Source of the DNA: Eledone cirrhosa
Lineage: Eukaryota
DNA: 64,000 bases
Direction: 5' to 3'
Assembly (NCBI GenBank): GCA_964016885.1
Contig: OZ024752.1
Coordinates: 44,392,001 to 44,456,000, forward strand
Every line of letters starts with the position of its first letter. Positions within the stretch are counted from its first letter, which is position 1. Shown one piece after another: positions 12,092 through 27,224 of the stretch. Under the pieces are notes generated by a model, which saw only the letters and a list, made by a program, of their open reading frames with translations, was not told the DNA's origin and did not search any database. The translations under genes were made by a program, and so were the position numbers.

Positions 12092-12855
12092 TGTATGTAA
12101 ATATATGTAAATAAGATAAACTTGCCTTTTGATCATTGAATTAAGTAATTTGTTGTTTAGACCTGACACCCCCCCCCCCCCCCCCCTCCCCCGGTCTTAC
12201 CTTATCAAGCAGACCTATGGTCATTAGACCCTATACCATCCCCAGTCAGACCTTTCATCAAACACTTTCCAACCATTGACCATATCTCTGTGTGTATCTA
12301 GAAGTTTTATTTAATGGAGACACTGACTTTGATAAAAGAAACTCTTTAATTTGACCAATTAGTTTCAAAGTTAAATACAAGAGCATCCCTTGAGTAATGT
12401 CATCTTTTACAATCTACTCTTCATTTTGCCTGAAATGTTCTAGGGGGTAATTATTGGCACAAGAAGCCAAGATACTAGCTTGGCTTTATATAAACTCTTT
12501 ATTAAACACATTAAACATAGTTGGTTAAGCCAAGGATGTAATGCTTATGTAGTCATTAGCATAATACCCACAAAAAATGGCTGGCTTTATTTAAATGCGG
12601 AATAAATTATGCAAATGTGTGTGTGAAATAGTAAGATAATAATATTGACTTTTATATATCTTGAAAAGAAAATCTTTGTCAGGGAAATTATTGGATTTTT
12701 CCAAATATAGGGTCTTTTTAGAAACTTTCAATGTTTATTTTATGTTTTGCCGTCTGAAGAACTCTGGCTATCTAAACTGACAGTCCTCAGTGAAATATGT
12801 ATAACAGGGTTTTAAATAAACTTGAATCAACTGAATATAGTCCTCCGGTCTTTTA

Positions 12856-12893
<38 letters not shown>

Positions 12894-13859
12894 TAGATAT
12901 CTCAGGATGGATTCAGTGTGAAACTGGTTAGACCATTACTCAACACAGTACTCAATACTTGGGGTAGTAGAGTATGGATATATTATAAAGAGTTGGGATG
13001 ATGTTATATATATATATATTTCGCTAGAAACTGTTGCCAGCATCAATTTATCATAGTGGTAAGACACACTCAACCAGAATTCAAGAGACACAAAGTTAGA
13101 CTCTTCATTGTTGCTGATGTCCACTTTTTCTGAGGTTAAGGATATTTTACACTATTTTCTGAAGCTATTATTTTTTTACAGCAATTTCTATGTTTGGATT
13201 CCACCATTTCATATTTATTTACTTGTCTGTATTGAAACTCCTTGGTTTTCTAATAAAATAAACCAACATTAAGAATAAGTCATTAACTTAGCATTAATAT
13301 ATACAACAATGAAACTGGCAGCATTATTTTTTGTTTTGTTCTTGTTTGAGTGGTTTGAAATCCTAACTGTTATGTTGTTGGTTGTAATTCTGTCATGACA
13401 ATATATTCAGTTTAGCAGACTGTTATTAGATTCCAGCATCAGTTTATGTTAAAGTAGCCAGTTAAAGAGAAATACATGCAGATTCTTCCGAGTACAGAAA
13501 ACACACATAAACAAATAAACCTTGTTAGTAGAGGAATAAACAATGATTGTTTATTATTTCTAATATTATATATAGTATTATATATTTTATATAATATATA
13601 TAGTATATAATATATATTATATATTCTATATATATAATATATCATTAATTTAACAGATGTAGAAGAAAAAGCCTGTGAAGACCATGGCTATAACCCTTTT
13701 CATATCAAACCTCCTGAAAGTTGCCCTGTTTTTAGAATAATTTGCTGTTTATTTCAAAGTGTTTGTATTTTAAAACCTTTCATTACAATTTCACACAACC
13801 TTTGTTATGTCTCAAACATCAGCTCAGTAATTATATATTTAGTTATATTACTGTCCAGT

Positions 13860-14220
13860 GCATGGATCACCCTCTGATGAGTTAATTAGTACCATGTCAC
13901 CTACAAATTCTGGCTGACTGATCCTTCACCCACCTGTCTTGATATCACTTCCAACCTGGCTGAGGCTGCACATGTCAAACCTTCTTCTTGTTGCTCTTGC
14001 TCAGCGAGGCTGGGGTCATCCTAGGCGAGGAGTCCCAAAGCATCGTCATGCTTAGAGGTGACCAGGTCTACCAGCACCATCCATCACTGATGGTTCCGTG
14101 CCAGCTTCTCTGCATCCACCAAGGTGATGTCGAGCCTCTGGAGATCTTCCCTGATGATATTCAGCCATCTGGTGCAGGGCCTGCTGCAAGGGAGACCTCT
14201 TCCATGTCAAACCTGTTCAT
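13860..14220 (-). mobile_element. Degenerate LINE 3' fragments (RTE-like)
   Basis: GC-richer block. The minus strand reads like an RTE C-terminus (RWLNII...RGSTSPWW) and ends in aagaagaag. Confidence 0.45.
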
Positions 14221-14697
14221 GATAAATTCAATATATTGTTGGCTAACATATAAAAAGTACTCACTGTTTATTTACAATCTTATTAGCTACAATGATTTAC
14301 ACACTACATAAATAGCCATATATCTTAACAGGAGAAACTAAGTCTGGATTATTAGTTTATTTACTACTTCAGGGAATGGACTTTATTAAACCATGTAAAT
14401 ATAATCAGTCCTTGAGACTTCCTTATATATCTAGAGTAGCTAGATAACAAGTAGGGTTTGTAGTTTCTAATGAAGTATTTAAAAAAACAAACAGTGAAGG
14501 TCATTAATAGTTCAAGTGGGTTCTCCAAATAATCTTTTCTATCAGTGAAGAGAAGTTAAGTGGTTGTTTCTTGTGTCACAGGATGGGCATGTGTCTGTTA
14601 CCACAGTATGTGTCTATGGTACCACAGTGTGTGTCTATATATGTGTAGTGGGGGAGTATTCTTTTCATTTGATTTCAATAAGACCTGCTTACCTTTT

Positions 14698-14850
14698 CTT
14701 AGTGGTTAGAGTGTCAGTTTGATTCTCGGTCAGGACTTTGTGTTGTGTTCTTGAGCAAGACACTTTATTTCACATTGCTCCAGTTCACTCAGCTGTAGAA
14801 ATGAGTTGTGATTCATGAGTTGCTAGCATGGAAAGATGGATGTTAAATGG
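14698..14850 (+). mobile_element. Internally deleted family-B SINE
   Basis: ttagtggttagagtgtc...tgtgttcttgagcaagacactttatttcacattgctccagttcactcagctgt...gctagcatggaaagatggatgttaaatggtggt. Confidence 0.75.
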
Positions 14851-15431
14851 TGGTGGTGATGGGGATAGTACTCAATATATGTTAAGTTTGTTCATGTATT
14901 GAAAGCAAAGGTTTCACCTTCCAGTCACTTTGAGGAACATGAGGGAAAGAGAAAACATGAAGTAGCAATGGATGAAAGTCTCAGCTTCACATAAAATGAT
15001 ATATAAAGCATGGTTTCGTATGTGATGGCTGAGGGAAACTAAACACAGAGATAGGTTGTTTGTATATTACCAAATCTAATGTGGTTTAATGCTGGAAGGT
15101 CTTTTGGGTGGGATTTCATTAAAAACTACACCCTCTCCATATATCACACATGCCATATCACCTCTTTCTGTTCAAACCAGCCGTAACTTGTTACTCATAC
15201 TAATGTTAAGGTATTGTTCTCAAAATAAATAACATCAAAATCTCATAGATTCAATATTATGTAGGATAATTATGTAGGATAATTATGTGGGATAATTACG
15301 TAGGATAATTAAGTGGGATAATTATGTGGGATAATTATGTGGGATAAAGCCTTTACCATGGAAATACAACAGTAAATATATATTTATAGAGAGAGAGTAA
15401 TGTGAATGGTGAAGGGTTAAATATGACCAAA

Positions 15432-15465
<34 letters not shown>

Positions 15466-18400
15466 TTGTGCTTGTGTGTGTGTGTGTGGTTGTGTGTGTG
15501 CGCGTGTGTGTGTGTGTGGTTGTGTGTGTGCGTGTGTGTGTGTGTGTGGTTGTGTGTGTGCGTGTGTGTGTGTGTGTGGTTGTGCGTGTGTACACATGCA
15601 TGTATCGGAGGAGGCAGGATTATGTTCAGACATGCACATATTAGTGTTTCTGTATTTCTGGATATAAACGAAACTTGTGAAACAAGTCGTCAGCTCTAAA
15701 GCTCGTTAATTCATTCAATATGAAATGTGTTAGTTTTAACCCTTTAAACTTTCTTTCATTCAACCAAAAATGCCTACACATAAAATTGGATTTGTTATGC
15801 GTGACTGACTTGGTTCATATCTAATCTCATTTCTGTCTGCATGACTAATTCCACTTGAATCAAACTAGTCTCCTGTATCTTTATTACAACACTAGTGTCT
15901 CATTAGTCCCCCCACCCTGACTTTATACATATTTCTGTTCACTGAACATACAATTACATTGACTCCAGGAGAATTGTCCACCTCTTTTCCTCTTCATTCC
16001 TCACTGAACATTGCATTAAGTATGCATCTCAATAGAGCTTAGTATCTACTAATGTAACATACCATAAAACAAGTGGACATATCATTAGTATGTATCTCAA
16101 TAGAGCTTAGTATGAGCTTAGTATCTACTAATGTAACATACCATAAAACAAGTGGACATATCAATAGATTCACTGGAATCTATTCTACTTTGACACTAAA
16201 TCTATATTTCTTTCTTGGTTCACCCCATATTTTACTCCATTTTTCATATCAGCCATCAGCAAGTCTTTAGTTTAGCTGCTGAGATGTCTTAGGAATTCCT
16301 TTTACCATTTTAGGGGACATACTTCTATTGTATCTCTTGGTGTAGTTTAGGGGACATACTTCTATTGTATCTCCTGGTGTAGTTTAGGGGACATACTTGT
16401 ATCTCTTGGTGTAGTTTTGATCTTTCAACCAAAGAAAACATTGTGTATAAGCTATTAGAGTAGAAATGTGTGTGAGTATATGTGTATATTTGTGTGTGTA
16501 TATGAGTATGTGTGTATATGTATGTGTATGTATGTGTGTGTGCACAGCGCTTCTGCCATAAGTGTTTGTAGACAATATTTTCTTTAATACTTTTCCAGCT
16601 GAAAGATCAAATATACTTTCTTCAGTTTGGTCTTCTCTCAATTCTCTCCCCCAAAACACCAAACTTCCATATACCTCCATTAAATGTCATCCGTTTTCTT
16701 TCTTTTTACTTATTTATTTTTTCTTTGAAGTTTTCTTAACAATAAAAGAATTATATTTAACGTGTATGCTCAAAATATTAATATATTCTTGGAGATATGA
16801 ATAAATTTTTCAACTCGTTCGTTTGAAAAATGAAATCTAATTTCTGGAAAGGAGATTCTTAGAATTTAAAATATTGATAAAATATTTTCCTAATTAAATA
16901 CGACTACGAAATTAGGCCAACCTTAATATGATAATGTTGGGATTTATCACATGAATGAACCACAGCAAAATTATTCGGCTTAGCTTTCTTGATAGATTAT
17001 TTGATAATATGCAGTAGTATTGTTCACTTTTGACAAAAAGAAACAAAGCAAAGAACTATTTCATTGATACAAACTTAAGGAGAAAGTTTTACAAACTTAA
17101 TTCTTCTAAGCTATTATTTAATTTTACCCTCTTCAGACAGTTTCTGAAACTACTTTCAAGAGTGTGTTTTTGTGTGTGTGTGTTTTTTTAGGGGAGTGGG
17201 GTGGGGTATTTTATAATGATTAATTATTTGCATATTACTGAGTAACCCTTTAGCTGTTACATTAATCTATATTTACTATTGTATGTTCACGGTAAAGGTT
17301 TTACCTCACATGATATCAAATCTATGAGATTTTCATATCTTTTATTTTGAGAACAATACCTTAACCCTTTACCATTTACATTATTCTATATTTACTATTG
17401 TATTTTCATGGTAAGTGCTTTACCTCATGTAATTATCTCAGAGGTGAGAGTATTCTGGCTGGACACAGCTAGTTTAAATGCTAAAAGGCTAAAGAAAAAA
17501 ATTGTAGAAGCTCATTTTAGAGACTTTAATTTCCTTGATAAATAAAATTAAAATTAAAAAGTTAATAAATGTGTTGAGGATTCTTCATCAGAATACAGTG
17601 AACCCTCTGTCAGCCCACCATGCTAGACAGGTTCTTATTTATTTGCTCTAAAATGATGAAAGTTGATCAAGGTCAGTTTTGAATTCAGTGCCCAGAAAGT
17701 CATAATACCTTAACATCAGCAATATCTCTGATATTCTAACAACTATGATGCTCTAACGACTCTGATATTCTAACGACTCTGCCAATTTGCCAGCCTCCAA
17801 GTTGAAATTAACAAATTTTATTCTGTCTTTCTTCATTATGGCTTGATCAGAAATGGTTATTGGTTCTTTCTTGTGGAAATGTAAACTGAAAGCCATATGT
17901 CTCTCATCCAAAATTCATACTTACCACATTGTTGGCATGAAATCAAACTGTTTTGTCTCCTTCTGAAGACTAAATGGGATGTAGATAATGAGATTGCAGT
18001 CGTACATTTGATATTCTGCCAGACAGTAAAGTGTCATCAATAAATTGTCTTCATTTTCTTTCTACTATTCTTCTTTAAAGAATATTCCTGTTTTATATAT
18101 ATCATACTGTCTTGGCATTAAACAAGTGTATATAGAAGTCTATTTCTGTTGTAAGAGCTAGCACAACTTTATATTAGTTTAACAAAACTTCAAGATTTTT
18201 TTATTTCATCATTGTATTACATAAAAGTAGATTAGTTCAACTTGATTTTATTAGAGTCTCTCTTTCACAGACATTTTACTTCAATAAATCTTCTTCCACT
18301 CTATTTCATAGCCACTCTCCAAAATGACCTTCGCTTGCCTAAACATAATAACTGGAGATTATTCACTCCTAATAAATAAACATTTGTGCATAATTAATAA

Positions 18401-18697
18401 TTTTATTCTTTTTTTTTTTTAAAGTTATTAATCATTAAATTTCCTCAGTCTTTTGTAATAACGCATTTAAAGATTTTTGAAGAACTATATCAGAGTTTAT
18501 GGATTTTTTAAAAACCATTTTTACTGAATTCTTTCATTAAAAGTTGGAAACTAAACAACGTTATCAGTGTAAATCTTAGATTCTTTCTTATATTCTTTAA
18601 CTGGTTTCACCGAATTAGAAAGACAGGAGAATGGACAGTAGCAGAAAAAAAAAAAATTTCTTTGAGAAAAACAGGTCTTTTCATGTCACCATCTCTT

Positions 18698-18728
<31 letters not shown>

Positions 18729-18732
<4 letters not shown>

Positions 18733-18895
18733 AAACCACTTCACTACTGGATGGAGGTGCATGGCCACCCTGGCATATCACAATGATTGCGTAAGCATCT
18801 GACGAAGTCACATGAATAACCATGTAACAGAAATATATATAATGCAATAAACAATTGTGGTGATTTAATCCCGGCCTAACTAGCATTATTTGATA
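18729..18895 (+). mobile_element. About 165-bp hammerhead-bearing element (Penelope pLTR or retrozyme-like) inserted in (TA)n
   Basis: Bounded by (TA)n, with ends tgtcaaa / tttgata. Contains a hammerhead core followed directly by AATAAA. Confidence 0.55.
18795..18845 (+). ncRNA. Minimal type I hammerhead ribozyme
   Basis: gcat-CTGACGA-a-GTCACATG-aataac-CATGTAAC-a-GAAA-T-atat-A-TA-atgc: stem I gcat/atgc, stem II 7 of 8 pairs, minimal stem III. Confidence 0.6.
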
Positions 18896-20114
18896 TATAT
18901 ATGTATATATGTATATATATATATATAGAGAGAGAGAGAGATAGTTATATAAACAAGATTTTGTAGAGTCTCCATCTACTAAATTTCACTGTCGAAGGCA
19001 ATGGTAGGAAGGCCTTGCCCTAAATACCATGTATTTGAATTAAATTTAGAATCGTATGGTTTGTGAAGCAAACTTCTTAACCACACGGCCATACCTGCAC
19101 TCCTATCATCATCATCATTACATCAAGTCTTTCCCATCTAACATGGACTACTTAATTTATATTTTATTTCTTGACATTGGAGAAATATTGATATTATTAG
19201 TATTATTATTATTAGTATATATGTGTCCGTTCCAATATCTCTGTTTACATATCAGCTAAACCAATTGTTCGTTAAGAGTGTATTTATAGATTAACTCTGG
19301 AAATAATTAGTTTAAATGTTTGCTTTCCACCGTTGAACACTATTTTTATGCTAGATTGCATGTATGTACTTTATGCTAGCATGTACGTACTTTATACTAG
19401 TATGCATGTATGTACTTTATGCTGGCTAGCATGTATGTACTATGTTAGTATAAATATACTTACTATATAGCAATCTCTCTAAACAATATGTATTTGAAAT
19501 GACATGCTTATGAAGCCAACTCGGTAAGTACATAACCATCCGTCACTTTATATAGAAACAGAAATAAAATGACTGGATTGTCAGAAGTGGAGTACTTTTA
19601 TGATAGGCCTGCCTGATAAAGGCTTCTGTGGAGCAGCTGAAGAACATCAAATAAAACCTTTAGTTATAGAATCTCTTTGCTCAAAGTTACACAGTGAAAG
19701 TAACATTGTTAAAACAGCAATAGTTTGCTTTGATGTCCCAAAAGAAATCTAAGATGCTGTGTAATATATCAGTAAAATATGGCAACAAAACAGGTTATAA
19801 CATGTAGTATACGACTTAGATCATATAACATGTAGTATACGACTTAGATGTTTAGATTCACAGTGAAGGAGGTGGTTAGAGATGTTTATCGATAGAAGGA
19901 TTTGTAGTATTTGTTTCAGTTCTCTGAGTTCAAATCTCACCAAGATCAACTTTGCCTTTTATTCATTCAAGGTTGATAAAAAAAAAGTACCAGTTAAATA
20001 TTGGGGTCGATTCTTCCTGAAGTAGAACCTGTAAAATATCTAACCCAATGTTCTACTATAGCTACACTATTTTTTACCTGTAATTCCACCACCCTTGTAA
20101 TTCATAGATATTCA

Positions 20115-20196
<82 letters not shown>

Positions 20197-20199
<3 letters not shown>

Positions 20200-20373
20200 A
20201 GAATGGAGGCGGAAAAAGCCAGTTAGAGCATTACTCACTAGAGTAATCAATACTTTGGGTAGTAGAGTGGGTAATAGGAAAACATTCAGGACCCCGACGG
20301 CTGAGCTCTGGCCGTTTCAACAGCTAGATCATTGAAACGGCCGGAACTCAGCCATTGGGGTCCTGAATGTTTT
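20197..20373. mobile_element. Interspersed repeat with a terminal 42-bp fold-back; related copies at about 12935-13000, 56790-56900 and 62636-62746
   Basis: Arms 20279-20320 and 20332-20373 match at 38 of 42 positions around an 11-nt loop. The motif caatactt.gggtagtagagt.ggtaatagga is shared with the other copies. Confidence 0.65.
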
Positions 20374-20396
20374 TGTATATATATACACATATATAT

Positions 20397-21353
20397 ACTA
20401 GACATGAAAAATGCGCAAGCTCAAAAGTGCCACAGAATGTTATAATAAACCTTCAAAAGTGTGGGACTAGAGTTGTTGCTAAAAAATATTGTAATCATTA
20501 TATATCGTACATTCTGTGGCATCCTTTATAAAAATAGCTTAAACCAACGAAGCCTTTATTTTTACGCTATTTCACTTAGTTAATTCTTAGAGTGTAACAT
20601 ATAAAAATATGATTTACAACTATAAAATAAATTAATTAATATAATAACAGAGCTGCGGAGCTGAAATTTAGGAAATAATGGAGTATCGGATCCTGAGTTG
20701 GAGCCAGTCAATTTTTGACCGACTCCGCAGCCCTGTATAATACATTTCATATTAAAGTTATTAATAAACCTATTTTACACTTCATGCAAATTACCACGAG
20801 ATATTGATATTAGATATAAGATACAGCGCAATATCTACAGCTGTAAAAGTACGAAAGCGAAGTAATAATAAGTGGCTTAAGGTAATTCCAATATGAAAGT
20901 TTGTAGTGATAAAAATTTGATAATGCAATACGATTGTTAATATTATAGTTCTATGAAAATGTAACAATAGATAACTAAATTATTTTACTATTAGTATATT
21001 TAAGAAATTATCATTATAGATTTGATCGTTCATATAAGCATCATATTAAGTTTCAACACAATTATTTTGTTACTATGAGTATATGATAATAATATTACGT
21101 AATTATTTATAGCTGTTATTACATTAAACATAGATGTATTTATTTTTATATGTTACACTCTAAGAATTAACTAAGTGAAATAGCGTAAAAATAAAGGCTT
21201 CGTTGGTTTAAGCTATTTTTATAAAGGATGCCACAGAATGTACGATATATAATGATTACAATATTTTTTAGCAACAACTCTAGTCCCACACTTTTGAAGG
21301 TTTATTATAACATTCTGTGGCACTTTTGAGCTTGCGCATTTTTCATGTCTAGT
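20397..21353. mobile_element. Foldback element with 213-bp inverted arms
   Basis: 20397-20609 is the reverse complement of 21141-21353. The spacer is 531 bp and AT-rich. Termini are ACTAG...CTAGT. Confidence 0.85.
20648..20735. mobile_element. hAT-type mini MITE nested in the foldback spacer
   Basis: TIRs CAGAGCTGCGGAG / CTCCGCAGCCCTG and an 8-bp TSD tataataa / tataatac. Confidence 0.7.
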
Positions 21354-22467
21354 TTAATATTTTTTTAAGGCAACGCTTGTAATAACTCTAGTTAAACAGG
21401 ATATATATTAATAATAAATTATCGTTGTAATGTAATTAGATTATGTAATTGTTATTATAAATTATCTTATAAATATTAGTGTAAGATGTATAAAAATATT
21501 TTCAGACTTTTAATATAAACAACTACAAAAAACAATCAATATTAAATCAATATATTATACATAATAGAAAACATAAAATATACAATACAAAAACAAAATA
21601 TTTACATACATTTGCAATTATCAGTGTATATACATTTTCTTTATATTCCCTGAGCAAATTAATAAGATTTGTTTTTATTGTACATAATTTGATGACTTGT
21701 TGGAGTGTATTAAAAGATAGCAACAATTTGTGATTAAATTGTTATCTTAAGCAACTCACTTTTTAATAGTTGTTGGCTGAGCGAAATTGTAAAAGCCTAT
21801 GAGCAAATATAAAAAAAAATACACAAACAACATTTCCTTGTGTTATTACAACATTAGATAAAATAATTGAGCAATGTCGTTATATTTTGCTCTTATTGCA
21901 CATTAATAGTGTTTCTATTTTTCGGCACAAATCCATTACGGCAGTCCATTACTGGTACTTTATTTTATCGAATTAGTAAGTATGAAAGTCGAAGTTAACC
22001 TCGGCAGGATTTGAACTTAGAATGCAAAGGACCATAACAATACTGCAAAGCATGGTGTCTGACGCTCTACCAATACTTGTGTTGAGCTGGTCATTAATTT
22101 ATGGTGGTCGTGCGTGAAGTAGAGCAATCGCTAGTTGAAATATTATGAACAAAACATTTTTATTTGCCGAAGAACATATTTTCAATACTGTTTGTGAATG
22201 TGACGAAGGAAATACATTCTGATATGGAACAGTGTACAAAGTGTGTCTGTGAATAACATAATGTTACCTCATGTTGTTGTCAAGACATAATGGATTTCGT
22301 TTATCCAGTTAGAAGATGAAACCTAGCCATCTCGGATTAGTTATATTTCATGCCATGTGTAAACGTGTTTGAGGATAGCAAAATATGCGCGTTAATTATA
22401 ATAATTAGTTAATAATATTACAAAATATACCTAATTAAACTCTTTGCTTGAAATTTTATCATTCTTC

Positions 22468-22543
<76 letters not shown>

Positions 22544-22768
22544 ATCTAGTCCTTCGCTCAAGATTAATCTATAAGTTTAGATGTTTGCCTTCGTTTAAGT
22601 AAATATTACAGTAAGATTTTTAATATAAACAACTGCAAAAAACAATTAATATTAAAACGAAAAAATTATCAATGATAAAAGAAGCGGATGCAACTTTTTT
22701 TTTTATAAAGTTATATTCCTGTTTCTTTAAAGAACATTTCATTTTTGTTCTATTGTAGGCGAAATAAT

Positions 22769-22954
22769 TGTTTCTACTTTAGGCACAAGGCCAGCAAATT
22801 ACCCAGTACATTACTGGTACTTTATTTTATCGACCCCGTAAGGATGAAAGGCAAAGTTAACCTCGGCGGGATTTGAACTCAGACTGTAAAGGGACGTAAC
22901 TATGCTAGAAAGCATGGCGTCCAACCCTCTACCGATACTGCCAATTCACCGCCC
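22769..22954 (-). mobile_element. tRNA-headed SINE with Nin-like central domain (family A) and 15-bp TSD
   Basis: TSD tgtaggcgaaataat at 22754-22768 and 22955-22969. The minus strand has gagttcaaatcc (B box) and tttgcctttcatccttacggggtcgataaaataaagtacc. Other copies at about 19865-20012, 21910-22075, 23105-23152 and 50605-50680. Confidence 0.9.
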
Positions 22955-24139
22955 TGTAGGCGAAATAATGCAATGGTTTAATAGGGAAGATATAACTTAC
23001 GAATTATGTCTCTAACCGTGTAACGCTTTTTAAGTAGATAACTACAATTGAAAATACTAAAGAAATGGAACCAACAATTCAATTTGAAAGTCGTCTAGTG
23101 ACAGTGTATTACTGGTACTTTATTTTATCGACCCCGTAACGATGAAAGGCAAAAATGCAAATGCTTAAAATTTAAATTGCCTTAATTCTATCGTCTGCTG
23201 TTTCATTAAAGGGAGATTATCGTCTGTATTTAATTCTATCGTCTACTGTTCCACTAAACAGATATACCTCCACTATCGTCTCTATTTATACATTTTAACT
23301 TATAACTTATACACATTTGATTTGAAATATTTTATCTAGTCCCCCCTCTCAATATTATGATGATTTCTTTCGAATGAAACAGTTCTAGTCCTGTAGAAGC
23401 CATTTATATATATAATTGAACTGAGTTAAAAATTCACAATATTTATAATTAAATAAGCTCATATATATATGTGTGTATTTATCTGTTTATTGTATTATAT
23501 ATAATGTGTGTATATACAGGATGTCCCCCAAAAATATATACACACTTCAACAGCATTCTAATAACTATTGCCTGTACAGGTAATCAAAGTGTCAATCGAA
23601 TGTTAGTTTCGTGTTTTAACAGTACAAATTTACAATACACACATAAAACCAGTGTATATACATACATGAGTGTGTATACACATACATGAATGTGTATATA
23701 CAATATATATGTATATATATATATAGACACATGTATTCACGGTGCAACGGTACATTAAAATATAGATGCGGGAGAGGGGGTGTATATATAGGGGCGCTGG
23801 GGATAAAGGAGTGTAAAGCGCGTGTAATTGATATATTGAAGGAGAGGAGCGTGCAGCGATAGAGTAACAAATATATAGAGAGGGGGAGAGATGGTATTGA
23901 AGGGGAGGAGTGCAAAGCGAAAGAGTAAGAGATATAAATAGAGACGGAACAGATAGAGAGAAACAGGCGTAAGTAACAGTGGAAGAGATATAGAGAGAGG
24001 TACTCTGATTGGTTGAAAATTAGCCAATGACATACGATCACCACCACGGCTATCCCCGAAAAATTTTTAAAGAAGCTAGGCATATATGTTAGAACACGAA
24101 AAGTGAACATTCTGTGTTTCACACTTTTCGTGTTCTAAC

Positions 24140-25571
<1,432 letters not shown>

Positions 25572-25635
25572 AAATATTAAACAAATAATGAATAAAACAA
25601 TGAAACAGTTCCTTATATTAAACAAAAAAAGTTCA

Positions 25636-25782
25636 TTATTTAACGATCGTTTCTAGGATATATATGTGTTAGAATTGGCATGCATATTCAACAGATCTAT
25701 GTACAAAATTATACAAAATTATACAAACTATCAAGATTAAATATACATACCAAACACACATATATGCCGTCTTCAGAAATAA
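25636..25782 (-). ncRNA. Mirror-image hammerhead ribozyme on the minus strand
   Basis: Exact reverse complement of 25785-25931, a consequence of the palindrome. Confidence 0.65.
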
Positions 25783-25784
25783 AT

Positions 25785-25931
25785 TTATTTCTGAAGACGG
25801 CATATATGTGTGTTTGGTATGTATATTTAATCTTGATAGTTTGTATAATTTTGTATAATTTTGTACATAGATCTGTTGAATATGCATGCCAATTCTAACA
25901 CATATATATCCTAGAAACGATCGTTAAATAA
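25785..25931 (+). ncRNA. Type I hammerhead ribozyme with extended stem II
   Basis: ttattt-CTGAAGA-[about 115-nt hairpin]-GAAA-C-gatc-G-TT-aaataa. Confidence 0.65.
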
Positions 25932-26129
25932 TGAACTTTTTTTGTTTAATATAAGGAACTGTTTCATTGTTTTATTCATTATTTGTTTAATATTTTATCT
26001 TGACTCTGTATTCCGTTTATCTTTCACCGAAAGTGATTTTTCATTACATCTCTTCTTTCCATGATATCCGGAATATATTGAGTTCTTCATACGGATTGGA
26101 CACTACCGTAAACTCTTGGTAGATTTATC

Positions 26130-26831
<702 letters not shown>

Positions 26832-26965
26832 TCATATCTTTTATTTGATATTCCTCTGAATAGATTGAATCACTTCACAAACACAAACATGTGATTGATT
26901 AAACACTGAATCACAGTTTAATAACTGATCAGATGTAATTAAGGTATTTAGCTGTATCAATATGT

Positions 26966-27010
<45 letters not shown>

Positions 27011-27224
27011 TGAGAAAAGGGTAGAGAGAGGCAGGCAATATGTGAGAGTAGGGGGAAATATGACTCATAATTAAATTGTAATATTAATAATTTACTGAAG
27101 AGTTGACCTCATCACTGAGTTGTTGGTCTTCATTGTAATTTATTATTATTATCATTATTATTATTATGCAGCATTTAGTTACAGTCCCTTACATTCTGAA
27201 TTCAAATCCTGTGGAGGTTAGCTT

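Larger units (their letters stand above)
25569..26131. mobile_element. Penelope-like element: perfect 430-bp palindrome (25569-25998) plus a unique tail
   Basis: Axis between 25783 and 25784 with no spacer. Hammerhead motifs lie on both strands. The tail is homologous to 3676-3811, and the element is flanked by (TA)n. Confidence 0.75.

Noticed and set aside
13874-13900. Other CTGATGA motifs (also near 515, 2190 and 53773)
   Set aside because: No stem II, GAAA or stem I partner, so they are not hammerheads.
25669-25898. Identical 72-aa ORFs on both strands
   Set aside because: An automatic consequence of the perfect palindrome, with no protein-like signal.
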